Assembly: GCA_965649765.1 (NCBI GenBank)
Contig: OZ287752.1
Span: 55,614,001 to 55,678,000, forward strand
Length of the DNA stretch: 64,000 nt
DNA from: Bispira polyomma
Taxonomy: Eukaryota
Direction: 5' to 3'
Shown: positions 28,162 to 42,699 of the stretch, one piece after another
Layout: each line of letters begins with the position of its first letter
Position numbering within the stretch: the first letter of the stretch is position 1
Notes under the pieces: model-generated
Told to the model about the DNA's origin: nothing
The model's input: only the letters and a program-made list of their open reading frames with translations
Databases searched by the model: none
Program-made: the position numbers and the translations under genes

Positions 28162-30163
28162 GTTTCTTTGTTATCGTTTTATTTTTATAAATATACATAA
28201 GAAGTTTTGCAGACCAGAAAATAAAGCAGTTGGAAAAAAGAACAAGTGATTAAATGCAATTAATCTTGATTTGGTTGCTGGTGATGCATTTCAAGGTCAA
28301 CGTAGACAAGTACTATAGATAACAATGAGTTTAATTTTCTTTAGATTTATACTAACATACTTACCTTAAAGACAGTGCATTAAACATAGCATGTCATCAT
28401 TTTGGGTTTAACCTTCCAATACATCGAGAATAGTTTCATATTTAGTCTTCTTCATGTGTATTTCTAGGAAAGCCTAGAAAAGATCCCTGGAACAAAATAA
28501 ATCTAGTTATGTTAAAATTTTTCATCTCAAATTACCAAACAAACATTGAAATAAACAAAGCATTTTGCTAAGGGATTGGTTTCTCCTGTTATCGTTTTCT
28601 TTTTCTGTCATTATTCTTGATTTCGTTCCTGATGATGGATTTGAAGATCAACATTGAGAAGAACTGTGGCTAATTATTACTTTAATTTCCTTGTGATTGA
28701 TACTTACATACTTAGATTACAGACACTGCATGAAACATAACATGTCATCATTTTGGGGTTTACCCCTTAAATACATCGAGAATGCTGTCATATTAAGGCT
28801 TCTCCATTTGAATTTGCAGGATAGCCTAAATAAGTTCCATTAAACACAATTATTTTAGTTATTTTATAATTTTTCTTGTCAAACTACCAAACATTGCATT
28901 GACCATAGTATGAGGCTAAAGGATTGCTATCTCCTGTTAGGGTTTTCTCTTTTTGTGATTATTCTTTATTTAGTTTCTGGTGTTGCATTTTAAGGTCAAC
29001 ATGGTGAAGTACTATAGCTAATCATTACTTTAATTTCCTTGTTTTTCATAGTCACACACTTAACTTACAGACATTTTCTTCTCAAACTACCAAACATTGC
29101 ATTGAACAAAGCATGTAGCCAAGGGATTGCTATCTCCTGCTATTGTTTTATCTTTCTGTCATTATTCTTGATTTGGTTCCTGGTGATGCATTTCAAGTTT
29201 AACATAGATAACAACTATAGCGAATAATTAGTTTTATTTTCTTGTGATTGTTACTTACATACTTACCTTACAGACATTGCAGGAAACATAGCATGTCATG
29301 ATTTTTGTGTTTAACCCTTTAACACTTCGAGAGTGGTTTTATATTTAAGCTTCTCCATGTGCATTTCCAGAATAGCCTAAAGAAGCTCCATGGAACACAA
29401 TTTATATAGTTATTTCAGATTTTTTTTCTCAGACTATCAAACATTGCATTGAACAATGCATGTGACTAATGGGTTGCTATCTTCTGTCATCGTTTTCTCT
29501 TCTGTCATTATTCTTGATTTGGTTCCTGGTTATGGATTTGAAGGTCAAATAGAGAAGAACTACAGCTAAAAATTACTTTAATTTTGTTGTGATTGATACT
29601 TACATTCTTAGCTTACAGACATTGCATGGAACATAGCATGTCATCATTTTGGGGTTTACCTCTCCAATGCATCGAGAATGCTGTCTAAAGCTATTTAAGC
29701 TTCTCCATTTGCATTTGTGGGATAGCCTAAAGAAGCTCCATGGAACACAATTAATTTAGTTAGTTTAAAATTTTGCTTCTCAAACTACCACACAAATATT
29801 GCATTGAAAAAATATTGATATGGATTGCTATATCCTGTTACCGTTTTCTCTTTCTGTGATTATTCTTGATTTAGTTTCTGGTGATGCATTTTAAGGTCAA
29901 CATAGAGAAGAACAAAAGCTAAGAATTAGTTTAATTTTCCTGTGATTTACTCAGATATTGGAACATACTTCTTGTAAAAATTATCATTTCTGTGTCGTAA
30001 GTGTTTTTTTAAATGTATACATATATATACAACAGATTAAATTTATCATACAATATAAAGACATGGTTGTTTTTCGGATGAATGCTGAGATCACCAGTAG
30101 AGAAAACATATCACAGTTTCATATTGCCTTTGTCGGATGAATCCACCTTTTGATTAAATTAAG

Positions 30164-30563
30164 CTACCATCTTACACTACTCCCTAAACAAAATGGTTCT
30201 TCATTTACCTTGGTAGCGCGTTTCTTAAGGTTTGCAATACTTGCGGCTCCTAGTTGGTGAAGGATACCAGGCAGTATCTCCGTAATTTGTTTGTTCTCTG
30301 CTTGGCCAGTCACAGCAAAGGTTTTGGCTGCCAATGATGCTTGAACTTTAGGATTATTAAAATGGATAACTTGTCCATCTACCTTCATGAAATTTACCTC
30401 TTCTATCCCTAATATTGTGTTGACACTAAGTTTTTTGAGAGCACTCTGAAGGTTTTTGTCATCAGTTGTGGCTGTTCTGAGCACAACCTTTTTTTCTGTG
30501 AGCAGATCCCTTCCCTCCTATTCTCACTTGTGCTTGAAGTTGTTTTAGTTTTTCAACATTCAT
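30164..30563 (-). pseudogene. BTF3: BTF3 retro-pseudogene copy 4
   Basis: As copy 3. Confidence 0.92.
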
Positions 30564-32565
30564 GTTTCTTTGTTATCGTTTTATTTTTATAAATATACAT
30601 AAGAAGTTTTGCAGACCAGAAAATAAAGCAGTTGGAAAAAAGAACAAGTGATTAAATGCAATTAATCTTGATTTGGTTGCTGGTGATGCATTTCAAGGTC
30701 AACGTAGACAAGTACTATAGATAACAATGAGTTTAATTTTCTTTAGATTTATACTAACATACTTACCTTAAAGACAGTGCATTAAACATAGCATGTCATC
30801 ATTTTGGGTTTAACCTTCCAATACATCGAGAATAGTTTCATATTTAGTCTTCTTCATGTGTATTTCTAGGAAAGCCTAGAAAAGATCCCTGGAACAAAAT
30901 AAATCTAGTTATGTTAAAATTTTTCATCTCAAATTACCAAACAAACATTGAAATAAACAAAGCATTTTGCTAAGGGATTGGTTTCTCCTGTTATCGTTTT
31001 CTTTTTCTGTCATTATTCTTGATTTCGTTCCTGATGATGGATTTGAAGATCAACATTGAGAAGAACTGTGGCTAATTATTACTTTAATTTCCTTGTGATT
31101 GATACTTACATACTTAGATTACAGACACTGCATGAAACATAACATGTCATCATTTTGGGGTTTACCCCTTAAATACATCGAGAATGCTGTCATATTAAGG
31201 CTTCTCCATTTGAATTTGCAGGATAGCCTAAATAAGTTCCATTAAACACAATTATTTTAGTTATTTTATAATTTTTCTTGTCAAACTACCAAACATTGCA
31301 TTGACCATAGTATGAGGCTAAAGGATTGCTATCTCCTGTTAGGGTTTTCTCTTTTTGTGATTATTCTTTATTTAGTTTCTGGTGTTGCATTTTAAGGTCA
31401 ACATGGTGAAGTACTATAGCTAATCATTACTTTAATTTCCTTGTTTTTCATAGTCACACACTTAACTTACAGACATTTTCTTCTCAAACTACCAAACATT
31501 GCATTGAACAAAGCATGTAGCCAAGGGATTGCTATCTCCTGCTATTGTTTTATCTTTCTGTCATTATTCTTGATTTGGTTCCTGGTGATGCATTTCAAGT
31601 TTAACATAGATAACAACTATAGCGAATAATTAGTTTTATTTTCTTGTGATTGTTACTTACATACTTACCTTACAGACATTGCAGGAAACATAGCATGTCA
31701 TGATTTTTGTGTTTAACCCTTTAACACTTCGAGAGTGGTTTTATATTTAAGCTTCTCCATGTGCATTTCCAGAATAGCCTAAAGAAGCTCCATGGAACAC
31801 AATTTATATAGTTATTTCAGATTTTTTTTCTCAGACTATCAAACATTGCATTGAACAATGCATGTGACTAATGGGTTGCTATCTTCTGTCATCGTTTTCT
31901 CTTCTGTCATTATTCTTGATTTGGTTCCTGGTTATGGATTTGAAGGTCAAATAGAGAAGAACTACAGCTAAAAATTACTTTAATTTTGTTGTGATTGATA
32001 CTTACATTCTTAGCTTACAGACATTGCATGGAACATAGCATGTCATCATTTTGGGGTTTACCTCTCCAATGCATCAAGAATGCTGTCTAAAGCTATTTAA
32101 GCTTCTCCATTTGCATTTGTGGGATAGCCTAAAGAAGCTCCATGGAACACAATTAATTTAGTTAGTTTAAAATTTTGCTTCTCAAACTACCACACAAATA
32201 TTGCATTGAAAAAATATTGATATGGATTGCTATATCCTGTTACCGTTTTCTCTTTCTGTGATTATTCTTGATTTAGTTTCTGGTGATGCATTTTAAGGTC
32301 AACATAGAGAAGAACAAAAGCTAAGAATTAGTTTAATTTTCCTGTGATTTACTCAGATATTGGAACATACTTCTTGTAAAAATTATCATTTCTGTGTCGT
32401 AAGTGTTTTTTTAAATGTATACATATATATACAACAGATTAAATTTATCATACAATATAAAGACATGGTTGTTTTTCGGATGAATGCTGAGATCACCAGT
32501 AGAGAAAACATATCACAGTTTCATATTGCCTTTGTCGGATGAATCCACCTTTTGATTAAATTAAG

Positions 32566-32965
32566 CTACCATCTTACACTACTCCCTAAACAAAATGGTT
32601 CTTCATTTACCTTGGTAGCGCATTTCTTAAGGTTTGCAATACTTGCGGCTCCTAGTTGGTGAAGGATACCAGGCAGTATCTCCGTAATTTGTTTGTTCTC
32701 TGCTTGGCCAGTCACAGCAAAGGTTTTGGCTGCCAATCATGCTTGAACTTTAGGATTATTAAAATGGATAACTTGTCCATCTACCTTCATGAAATTTACC
32801 TCTTCTATCCCTAATATTGTGTTGACACTAAGTTTTTTGAGAGCACTCTGAAGGTTTTTGTCATCAGTTGTGGCTGTTCTGAGCACAACCTTTTTTTCTG
32901 TGAGCAGATCCCTTCCCTCCTATTCTCACTTGTGCTTGAAGTTGTTTTAGTTTTTCAACATTCAT
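32566..32965 (-). pseudogene. BTF3: BTF3 retro-pseudogene copy 5
   Basis: Carries the same TGA (32738) and KKC allele as copy 1. Confidence 0.92.
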
Positions 32966-34967
32966 GTTTCTTTGTTATCGTTTTATTTTTATAAATATAC
33001 ATAAGAAGTTTTGCAGACCAGAAAATAAAGCAGTTGGAAAAAAGAACAAGTGATTAAATGCAATTAATCTTGATTTGGTTGCTGGTGATGCATTTCAAGG
33101 TCAACGTAGACAAGTACTATAGATAACAATGAGTTTAATTTTCTTTAGATTTATACTAACATACTTACCTTAAAGACAGTGCATTAAACATAGCATGTCA
33201 TCATTTTGGGTTTAACCTTCCAATACATCGAGAATAGTTTCATATTTAGTCTTCTTCATGTGTATTTCTAGGAAAGCCTAGAAAAGATCCCTGGAACAAA
33301 ATAAATCTAGTTATGTTAAAATTTTTCATCTCAAATTACCAAACAAACATTGAAATAAACAAAGCATTTTGCTAAGGGATTGGTTTCTCCTGTTATCGTT
33401 TTCTTTTTCTGTCATTATTCTTGATTTCGTTCCTGATGATGGATTTGAAGATCAACATTGAGAAGAACTGTGGCTAATTATTACTTTAATTTCCTTGTGA
33501 TTGATACTTACATACTTAGATTACAGACACTGCATGAAACATAACATGTCATCATTTTGGGGTTTACCCCTTAAATACATCGAGAATGCTGTCATATTAA
33601 GGCTTCTCCATTTGAATTTGCAGGATAGCCTAAATAAGTTCCATTAAACACAATTATTTTAGTTATTTTATAATTTTTCTTGTCAAACTACCAAACATTG
33701 CATTGACCATAGTATGAGGCTAAAGGATTGCTATCTCCTGTTAGGGTTTTCTCTTTTTGTGATTATTCTTTATTTAGTTTCTGGTGTTGCATTTTAAGGT
33801 CAACATGGTGAAGTACTATAGCTAATCATTACTTTAATTTCCTTGTTTTTCATAGTCACACACTTAACTTACAGACATTTTCTTCTCAAACTACCAAACA
33901 TTGCATTGAACAAAGCATGTAGCCAAGGGATTGCTATCTCCTGCTATTGTTTTATCTTTCTGTCATTATTCTTGATTTGGTTCCTGGTGATGCATTTCAA
34001 GTTTAACATAGATAACAACTATAGCGAATAATTAGTTTTATTTTCTTGTGATTGTTACTTACATACTTACCTTACAGACATTGCAGGAAACATAGCATGT
34101 CATGATTTTTGTGTTTAACCCTTTAACACTTCGAGAGTGGTTTTATATTTAAGCTTCTCCATGTGCATTTCCAGAATAGCCTAAAGAAGCTCCATGGAAC
34201 ACAATTTATATAGTTATTTCAGATTTTTTTTCTCAGACTATCAAACATTGCATTGAACAATGCATGTGACTAATGGGTTGCTATCTTCTGTCATCGTTTT
34301 CTCTTCTGTCATTATTCTTGATTTGGTTCCTGGTTATGGATTTGAAGGTCAAATAGAGAAGAACTACAGCTAAAAATTACTTTAATTTTGTTGTGATTGA
34401 TACTTACATTCTTAGCTTACAGACATTGCATGGAACATAGCATGTCATCATTTTGGGGTTTACCTCTCCAATGCATCGAGAATGCTGTCTAAAGCTATTT
34501 AAGCTTCTCCATTTGCATTTGTGGGATAGCCTAAAGAAGCTCCATGGAACACAATTAATTTAGTTAGTTTAAAATTTTGCTTCTCAAACTACCACACAAA
34601 TATTGCATTGAAAAAATATTGATATGGATTGCTATATCCTGTTACCGTTTTCTCTTTCTGTGATTATTCTTGATTTAGTTTCTGGTGATGCATTTTAAGG
34701 TCAACATAGAGAAGAACAAAAGCTAAGAATTAGTTTAATTTTCCTGTGATTTACTCAGATATTGGAACATACTTCTTGTAAAAATTATCATTTCTGTGTC
34801 GTAAGTGTTTTTTTAAATGTATACATATATATACAACAGATTAAATTTATCATACAATATAAAGACATGGTTGTTTTTCGGATGAATGCTGAGATCACCA
34901 GTAGAGAAAACATATCACAGTTTCATATTGCCTTTGTCGGATGAATCCACCTTTTGATTAAATTAAG

Positions 34968-35367
34968 CTACCATCTTACACTACTCCCTAAACAAAATGG
35001 TTCTTCATTTACCTTGGTAGCGCGTTTCTTAAGGTTTGCAATACTTGCGGCTCCTAGTTGGTGAAGGATACCAGGCAGTATCTCCGTAATTTGTTTGTTC
35101 TCTGCTTGGCCAGTCACAGCAAAGGTTTTGGCTGCCAATGATGCTTGAACTTTAGGATTATTAAAATGGATAACTTGTCCATCTACCTTCATGAAATTTA
35201 CCTCTTCTATCCCTAATATTGTGTTGACACTAAGTTTTTTGAGAGCACTCTGAAGGTTTTTGTCATCAGTTGTGGCTGTTCTGAGCACAACCTTTTTTTC
35301 TGTGAGCAGATCCCTTCCCTCCTATTCTCACTTGTGCTTGAAGTTGTTTTAGTTTTTCAACATTCAT
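34968..35367 (-). pseudogene. BTF3: BTF3 retro-pseudogene copy 6
   Basis: As copy 3. Confidence 0.92.
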
Positions 35368-37369
35368 GTTTCTTTGTTATCGTTTTATTTTTATAAATAT
35401 ACATAAGAAGTTTTGCAGACCAGAAAATAAAGCAGTTGGAAAAAAGAACAAGTGATTAAATGCAATTAATCTTGATTTGGTTGCTGGTGATGCATTTCAA
35501 GGTCAACGTAGACAAGTACTATAGATAACAATGAGTTTAATTTTCTTTAGATTTATACTAACATACTTACCTTAAAGACAGTGCATTAAACATAGCATGT
35601 CATCATTTTGGGTTTAACCTTCCAATACATCGAGAATAGTTTCATATTTAGTCTTCTTCATGTGTATTTCTAGGAAAGCCTAGAAAAGATCCCTGGAACA
35701 AAATAAATCTAGTTATGTTAAAATTTTTCATCTCAAATTACCAAACAAACATTGAAATAAACAAAGCATTTTGCTAAGGGATTGGTTTCTCCTGTTATCG
35801 TTTTCTTTTTCTGTCATTATTCTTGATTTCGTTCCTGATGATGGATTTGAAGATCAACATTGAGAAGAACTGTGGCTAATTATTACTTTAATTTCCTTGT
35901 GATTGATACTTACATACTTAGATTACAGACACTGCATGAAACATAACATGTCATCATTTTGGGGTTTACCCCTTAAATACATCGAGAATGCTGTCATATT
36001 AAGGCTTCTCCATTTGAATTTGCAGGATAGCCTAAATAAGTTCCATTAAACACAATTATTTTAGTTATTTTATAATTTTTCTTGTCAAACTACCAAACAT
36101 TGCATTGACCATAGTATGAGGCTAAAGGATTGCTATCTCCTGTTAGGGTTTTCTCTTTTTGTGATTATTCTTTATTTAGTTTCTGGTGTTGCATTTTAAG
36201 GTCAACATGGTGAAGTACTATAGCTAATCATTACTTTAATTTCCTTGTTTTTCATAGTCACACACTTAACTTACAGACATTTTCTTCTCAAACTACCAAA
36301 CATTGCATTGAACAAAGCATGTAGCCAAGGGATTGCTATCTCCTGCTATTGTTTTATCTTTCTGTCATTATTCTTGATTTGGTTCCTGGTGATGCATTTC
36401 AAGTTTAACATAGATAACAACTATAGCGAATAATTAGTTTTATTTTCTTGTGATTGTTACTTACATACTTACCTTACAGACATTGCAGGAAACATAGCAT
36501 GTCATGATTTTTGTGTTTAACCCTTTAACACTTCGAGAGTGGTTTTATATTTAAGCTTCTCCATGTGCATTTCCAGAATAGCCTAAAGAAGCTCCATGGA
36601 ACACAATTTATATAGTTATTTCAGATTTTTTTTCTCAGACTATCAAACATTGCATTGAACAATGCATGTGACTAATGGGTTGCTATCTTCTGTCATCGTT
36701 TTCTCTTCTGTCATTATTCTTGATTTGGTTCCTGGTTATGGATTTGAAGGTCAAATAGAGAAGAACTACAGCTAAAAATTACTTTAATTTTGTTGTGATT
36801 GATACTTACATTCTTAGCTTACAGACATTGCATGGAACATAGCATGTCATCATTTTGGGGTTTACCTCTCCAATGCATCGAGAATGCTGTCTAAAGCTAT
36901 TTAAGCTTCTCCATTTGCATTTGTGGGATAGCCTAAAGAAGCTCCATGGAACACAATTAATTTAGTTAGTTTAAAATTTTGCTTCTCAAACTACCACACA
37001 AATATTGCATTGAAAAAATATTGATATGGATTGCTATATCCTGTTACCGTTTTCTCTTTCTGTGATTATTCTTGATTTAGTTTCTGGTGATGCATTTTAA
37101 GGTCAACATAGAGAAGAACAAAAGCTAAGAATTAGTTTAATTTTCCTGTGATTTACTCAGATATTGGAACATACTTCTTGTAAAAATTATCATTTCTGTG
37201 TCGTAAGTGTTTTTTTAAATGTATACATATATATACAACAGATTAAATTTATCATACAATATAAAGACATGGTTGTTTTTCGGATGAATGCTGAGATCAC
37301 CAGTAGAGAAAACATATCACAGTTTCATATTGCCTTTGTCGGATGAATCCACCTTTTGATTAAATTAAG

Positions 37370-37769
37370 CTACCATCTTACACTACTCCCTAAACAAAAT
37401 GGTTCTTCATTTACCTTGGTAGCGCGTTTCTTAAGGTTTGCAATACTTGCGGCTCCTAGTTGGTGAAGGATACCAGGCAGTATCTCCGTAATTTGTTTGT
37501 TCTCTGCTTGGCCAGTCACAGCAAAGGTTTTGGCTGCCAATGATGCTTGAACTTTAGGATTATTAAAATGGATAACTTGTCCATCTACCTTCATGAAATT
37601 TACCTCTTCTATCCCTAATATTGTGTTGACACTAAGTTTTTTGAGAGCACTCTGAAGGTTTTTGTCATCAGTTGTGGCTGTTCTGAGCACAACCTTTTTT
37701 TCTGTGAGCAGATCCCTTCCCTCCTATTCTCACTTGTGCTTGAAGTTGTTTTAGTTTTTCAACATTCAT
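37370..37769 (-). pseudogene. BTF3: BTF3 retro-pseudogene copy 7
   Basis: As copy 3. Confidence 0.92.
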
Positions 37770-40730
37770 GTTTCTTTGTTATCGTTTTATTTTTATAAAT
37801 ATACATAAGAAGTTTTGCAGACCAGAAAATAAAGCAGTTGGAAAAAAGAACAAGTGATTAAATGCAATTAATCTTGATTTGGTTGCTGGTGATGCATTTC
37901 AAGGTCAACGTAGACAAGTACTATAGATAACAATGAGTTTAATTTTCTTTAGATTTATACTAACATACTTACCTTAAAGACAGTGCATTAAACATAGCGT
38001 GTCATCATTTTGGGTTTCAACCTTCCAATACATCAAAAATAGTTTTATATTTAGGCTTCTACATGTGCATTTCTAGGAAAGCCTAGAAAAGATCCCTGGA
38101 ACAAAATAAATCTAGTTATGTTAGAATTTTCATCTAAAATTACCAAACAAACATTGCAATAAACAAATCATTTCGCTAAGGGATTGGTTTCTCCTGATAT
38201 CGTTTTCTTTTTCTGTCATTATTCTTGATTTCGTTGCTGGTGATGCATCTAACGGTCAACATAGAGAAGAACTATAGCTAATCATTAGTTTAATTTTCTT
38301 CTGATTTATACTCACATACTTACCTTTAAAACATTGGAGATAACATAGCATGTCATGATTTTTAGGTTTAACCCTTTAATACATCAATAATGGTTTCATA
38401 TTTAAGCTTTTCCATGTGCATTTCCAGGATATCCTAAATAAGCTCCATGGAACACAAGTAATTTAGTTCATTTAGATTTGTTCTTCTCAAACTACTAAAC
38501 ATTGCATTGAACAAAGCATTTGCATAGGGGATTGCTATGTTCTGTTATCGTTTTCTCTTTCTGTCATTATTCTTGATTTGGTTCCTAGTGATGCAGTTCA
38601 AATTAAACATAGATAAGAACTATAGCTAATAATTAGTTTAATTTTCTTTTGGTTGATACTAACATACTTACATTACAGACATTGCAGGAAACATAGCATG
38701 TCATGAATTTTGGGTTTCAATCTTTTTCAGAATAGCCTGAAGTCACTCCATAGAACACAATTTATCTAGTTATTTTAGATTTTTCTACTCAAACAACCAA
38801 ACATTGCATTGAACAAAACAAGTGGCTAATGGTTTGATATCTCCTGTCATCGTTTTCTCTTTCTGTCATTATTCTTGATTTGGTTCCTGGTGATGGATTT
38901 GAAGGTCAACATAGAGAAGAACTATAGCTAATCATTACTTTAATTTTCTTGTGATTGATACTTACATTCTTAGCTTACAGACACTGCATGAAACGTAGCA
39001 TGTCACCATTTTGGGGTTTACCCCTCCAATACATCGAGAAAGCTGTCATATTTAGGCTTCTCCACTTTTTTTTGCAGGATAGTCTAAATAAGTTCCATTG
39101 AACCCACTTATTTTAGTTATTTCATAATTTGTTTTCTCAAACTACCAAATAGGGATTTCTATCTCCTGTTATCGTTTTCTCTTTCTGTCATTATTCTTGA
39201 TTTGGTTGCTGTGATGCATTTTAAGGTCAACATAGAGAAGAAGTATAGCTAATCATTAGTTTAATTTTCTTCAGATTTATCATAACATTATAATAACTTA
39301 GCTTACAGACATTGCAGGAAACGTAGCACCATTTTTAGGCTTGAACCTTAAATTCCTCACACATGGTTTCATATCTAAGAGTCTACATGTGCATTTCCGG
39401 AACAGCCTAAATCACCTCTATGGAACACAATTAATTTAGTTATTTCAGATATTTTCTCCTCAAACTAGCAAACATTGCATTGAACAAAGTATGAGGCTAA
39501 TGGGTGGCTATCTACTGCTATGTTTTTTCTTTCTGTGATTAATCTTGATTTACTTCCTGGTGATGCATTTAAAGGTCAACATAGTGAAGTACTTTAGCTA
39601 ATCATTACTTTAAATTCCTTGTGATTCATACTCACACACTTAGCTTACAGACATTGCAGGAAACATAGCATGTCGACATTTTTGGTTTAACCCTCCAATA
39701 CACTGATAATGGTTTCATATTGAAGCTTCTCCATGTGCATTTTCAGGATAGCCTAAAGAGGCTCCATTAAACACAATTTATTTTGTTATTTTAGATTTTT
39801 CTTCTTAAACTACTAAACATTGCATTGAACAAAGCAAGTTATCGTTTTCTTTTTCTGTCCTTATTCTTGATTTGGTTCCTGGTGATGTATTTCAAGTTTA
39901 ACATAGATAACAACTATAGCGATTACTTAGTTTATTTTTTTTGTGATTAATACCAAACAAACATTGCAATGAACAAAGCATTTGGCTAAGGTATTGCTAT
40001 TTCCTATTATCATTTTCTCTTTCTTCCATCATTCCTGATTTTGTTGCTGGTGTACGCAAAAAGTACAATATGTTTACTCTACCTTGGCCTAGATTCCCAG
40101 GTGATTTTTGTCACATACACATGTTGTTAAAAGTGAACTTGATTTTATTTGTGTAGTACACATCACTCTATTACACCAAAACACACAACCTACTTTTACA
40201 TCAATATGAACATATGTATACACTTGTTACAATAGTTACAAACATAACAGCCAATATCAAGTCTTACAATTATGGAAATATTTTCATTCAACTGAACTTC
40301 ATTGCTTCTCAATAAGTCACAATCTAATATTCCAATATTAATGACCAGAGTGTAGCCGAACCATACCTGTGAGGTAAGATATGAGGTGACCAAGTTAAAG
40401 ACCAGATATAATCAGTAGCAATACCTATAGGCTGAAGTCAAACTGCACTTAAAGTGCCCATGACCAGCCTATTGTAGCCAAGTATCATTAATTAATATGA
40501 AGCTGACACAAACTGCACTAGAAGTGCCTAAGGCTCAGACAAAGATGTTAAGTTAGGTAGACACTATGGATGTTGTAAGTAATGGTATGCATGTAAGTAT
40601 GAAGAGCTATAGTACATAGTTTGGGCCTTTATTCACAATCATTAACATTTTAACCATTAGTATTTTATGTTGACATTTAGAATTCCCCAAAATAGCATCA
40701 ACGACACCAGTGCAACCAGTGCAATACCAG

Positions 40731-40918
40731 AGAGTGTGAAAGACAGTGAATCAATAGCAGTTTTAAAGAAACGACTCAAAACACATCTTTTTAGACTCAC
40801 CTATTGTTAAAAGATCTGATAAAAGCAATCATTTTTGAATATGTTTACCATTACTCTGTAAAGCCCTTTAGAGTAATATATATAAAGCGCTATATAAATT
40901 TTGTATAATAATAATAAA
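40731..40918 (+). mobile_element. L2 LINE 3' end
   Basis: SIAVLKKRLKTHLFRLTYC* then tgtaaagccctttagag...aaagcgctatataaat...(ata)n. Confidence 0.8.
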
Positions 40919-41429
40919 TATAACCAAAACTATTAATGAAGCAATAGCTGCTATTACACCAACTGATACTAAAACAAAATATAACATTATACATTACATC
41001 TAATCATTTATATAAAACTCAACAAATTTGCATCACACAACCTTATATCATTATTTATTAAAACTTCATTACATTCACATTCTATATCCAGATGACTTTA
41101 TTTTTTTCACAGAAGTATAACAAAATGTTCTAACTGGAGTCATCAGGTTCTTCTGCATCAGAAGTATTAAAACTATTTCCAGACTTAGATCCTGGGAGTC
41201 CATTCAATCAATTCAATAAAATAAGTCAATATAGGGTTAAATCGGTATTTGACCACTTCTCTTCCTCAGAATGCATCTATCTGTCCATCTATATGTAATA
41301 GGTACTGTGACTGTCTGTCCACCACATCTGTGTCTATTTTGTCGGTCTATCTGTCCATCAGTACTCCTTCAGTCATCTATTTCTGATTTAGTTTTAAATC
41401 TCTTTTGGACAATTAATTCTCTCAGATGA

Positions 41430-42690
41430 GCTATACCCGTCTTTCGTATAAGGTCAAACTATTCGCTTACGGGTTTATTCCCTACCAATATATACTTATT
41501 ATAGCTTATTTTTTATGAACAATTTTGTTTATTAACTGTGGACAGACTGAATAGAAATCAAACCAAGATTCTCGCACTTTATGATATAATTTTGATACAC
41601 TATTTGGCAGAATGTTCACACTTAGTTCATGTAATAGTAGTTTCTTATCTGTTACTCCTGCAAGTAACATAAAGAGGGGTTTTCATTGGGCCCCGCAATT
41701 TTCATTTTCTGACCATCTTTTAATCCTGGCTTTTGTGACTTTGATAACTTTTTTGAAATCTATCATTTGTATGCTTCCCAATGATTTACAATTTATCACT
41801 ACATCATGCTTAATTTTTGATCGTTTGCCCTTTCTCCAAAGATATTAAAAAGAGCTTGTCTATTTCAGCTACAAACTTTGATGGTACATATACAACACTA
41901 CATATGGTAATGATTTGACTAAGCACTACAGTTTTCATATTAACTCTACCATTTAATGTTAGATTCCTACATACCAACATATAAATGGTCTTTTTAACTG
42001 ATTGACCTTGTTATGAAGATTTAAAGGTTGATCCTGACTAAACTAAACTCCAAATGTTTTGAAACTTTTGTATTTCATTGTAATACCTAAACTAGAAACC
42101 ATTTCAGAATCAGGATTACTATTGACAGGATAAACTTCTGTCTTTTCTTTGTTTATCTTTAGGCCTGAATTCTGAATATTTTCCATTATTTATAACACAG
42201 GTGAAAGATTCACAAAAATTGAAAGCTATAACACAATTGAGTAAAAAGACCAATTAACACAGTCAAAGGCTTTCTCGAAGTCAAATAATGTAATGAAACC
42301 TTTTTGTTGTAGACTTTACAAAATGTAAGCAAATCTGCAGTTGTCCTGATATTTTTACTAATAAATTTGGTTTTGATATATCCGACTTCTTCATGACTAA
42401 TAATTTTATTTATAACAAGTTGCAGTCTTGATGCAAGAACTTTGGTGATAATTTTATTTCAACATTCAACAGACTTATTCAACAGACTTATTGTTTTCCA
42501 GTTCTTTAAAACGCACAGGTCTTTTTAGGTACCAAAGTTATTATTCCTCTTCTTTGGTCTAGGGACAATTCTTTAGGTGTGAAAGAACATTTATAGCTGT
42601 TTAATAAGAAAAAATTGATTTTATTCCAGAAGAATTTGTGGAAGTCAACTGGAAAACTATCACAGTCTGGGGATTTAGATGCACACAACT
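41430..42690 (-). mobile_element. Decayed L1/Tx1-type LINE reverse transcriptase fragment
   Basis: KSPDCDSFPVDFHKFFW...ELSLDQRRGIITLVPKK; KIITKVLASRL; LFDFEKAFDCVNW; many stops and indels. Confidence 0.8.
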
Positions 42691-42699
42691 AGTATTCTA

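Larger units (their letters stand above)
22830..37998. repeat. 2402-bp higher-order tandem repeat, ~6.3 near-identical units (~5 satellite monomers plus ~700-bp BTF3 insert)
   Basis: Identical ORFs recur every 2402 bp (24235, 26637, 29039, 31441, 33843, 36245); only three variable sites noticed. Confidence 0.98.
21672..40052. repeat. Satellite array, ~345-350-bp monomer
   Basis: Anchor cttgatttggtt(g/c)ctggtgatgcattt.aaggtcaac recurs at 23461, 23812, 24160, 24363 (short monomer), 24708, 25061 etc.; diverged monomers flank both sides. Confidence 0.95.

Noticed and set aside
21672-40052. CRISPR-like or integron-like array
   Set aside because: Eukaryotic context; no short constant repeats with unique spacers; the inserts are identical rather than diverse.
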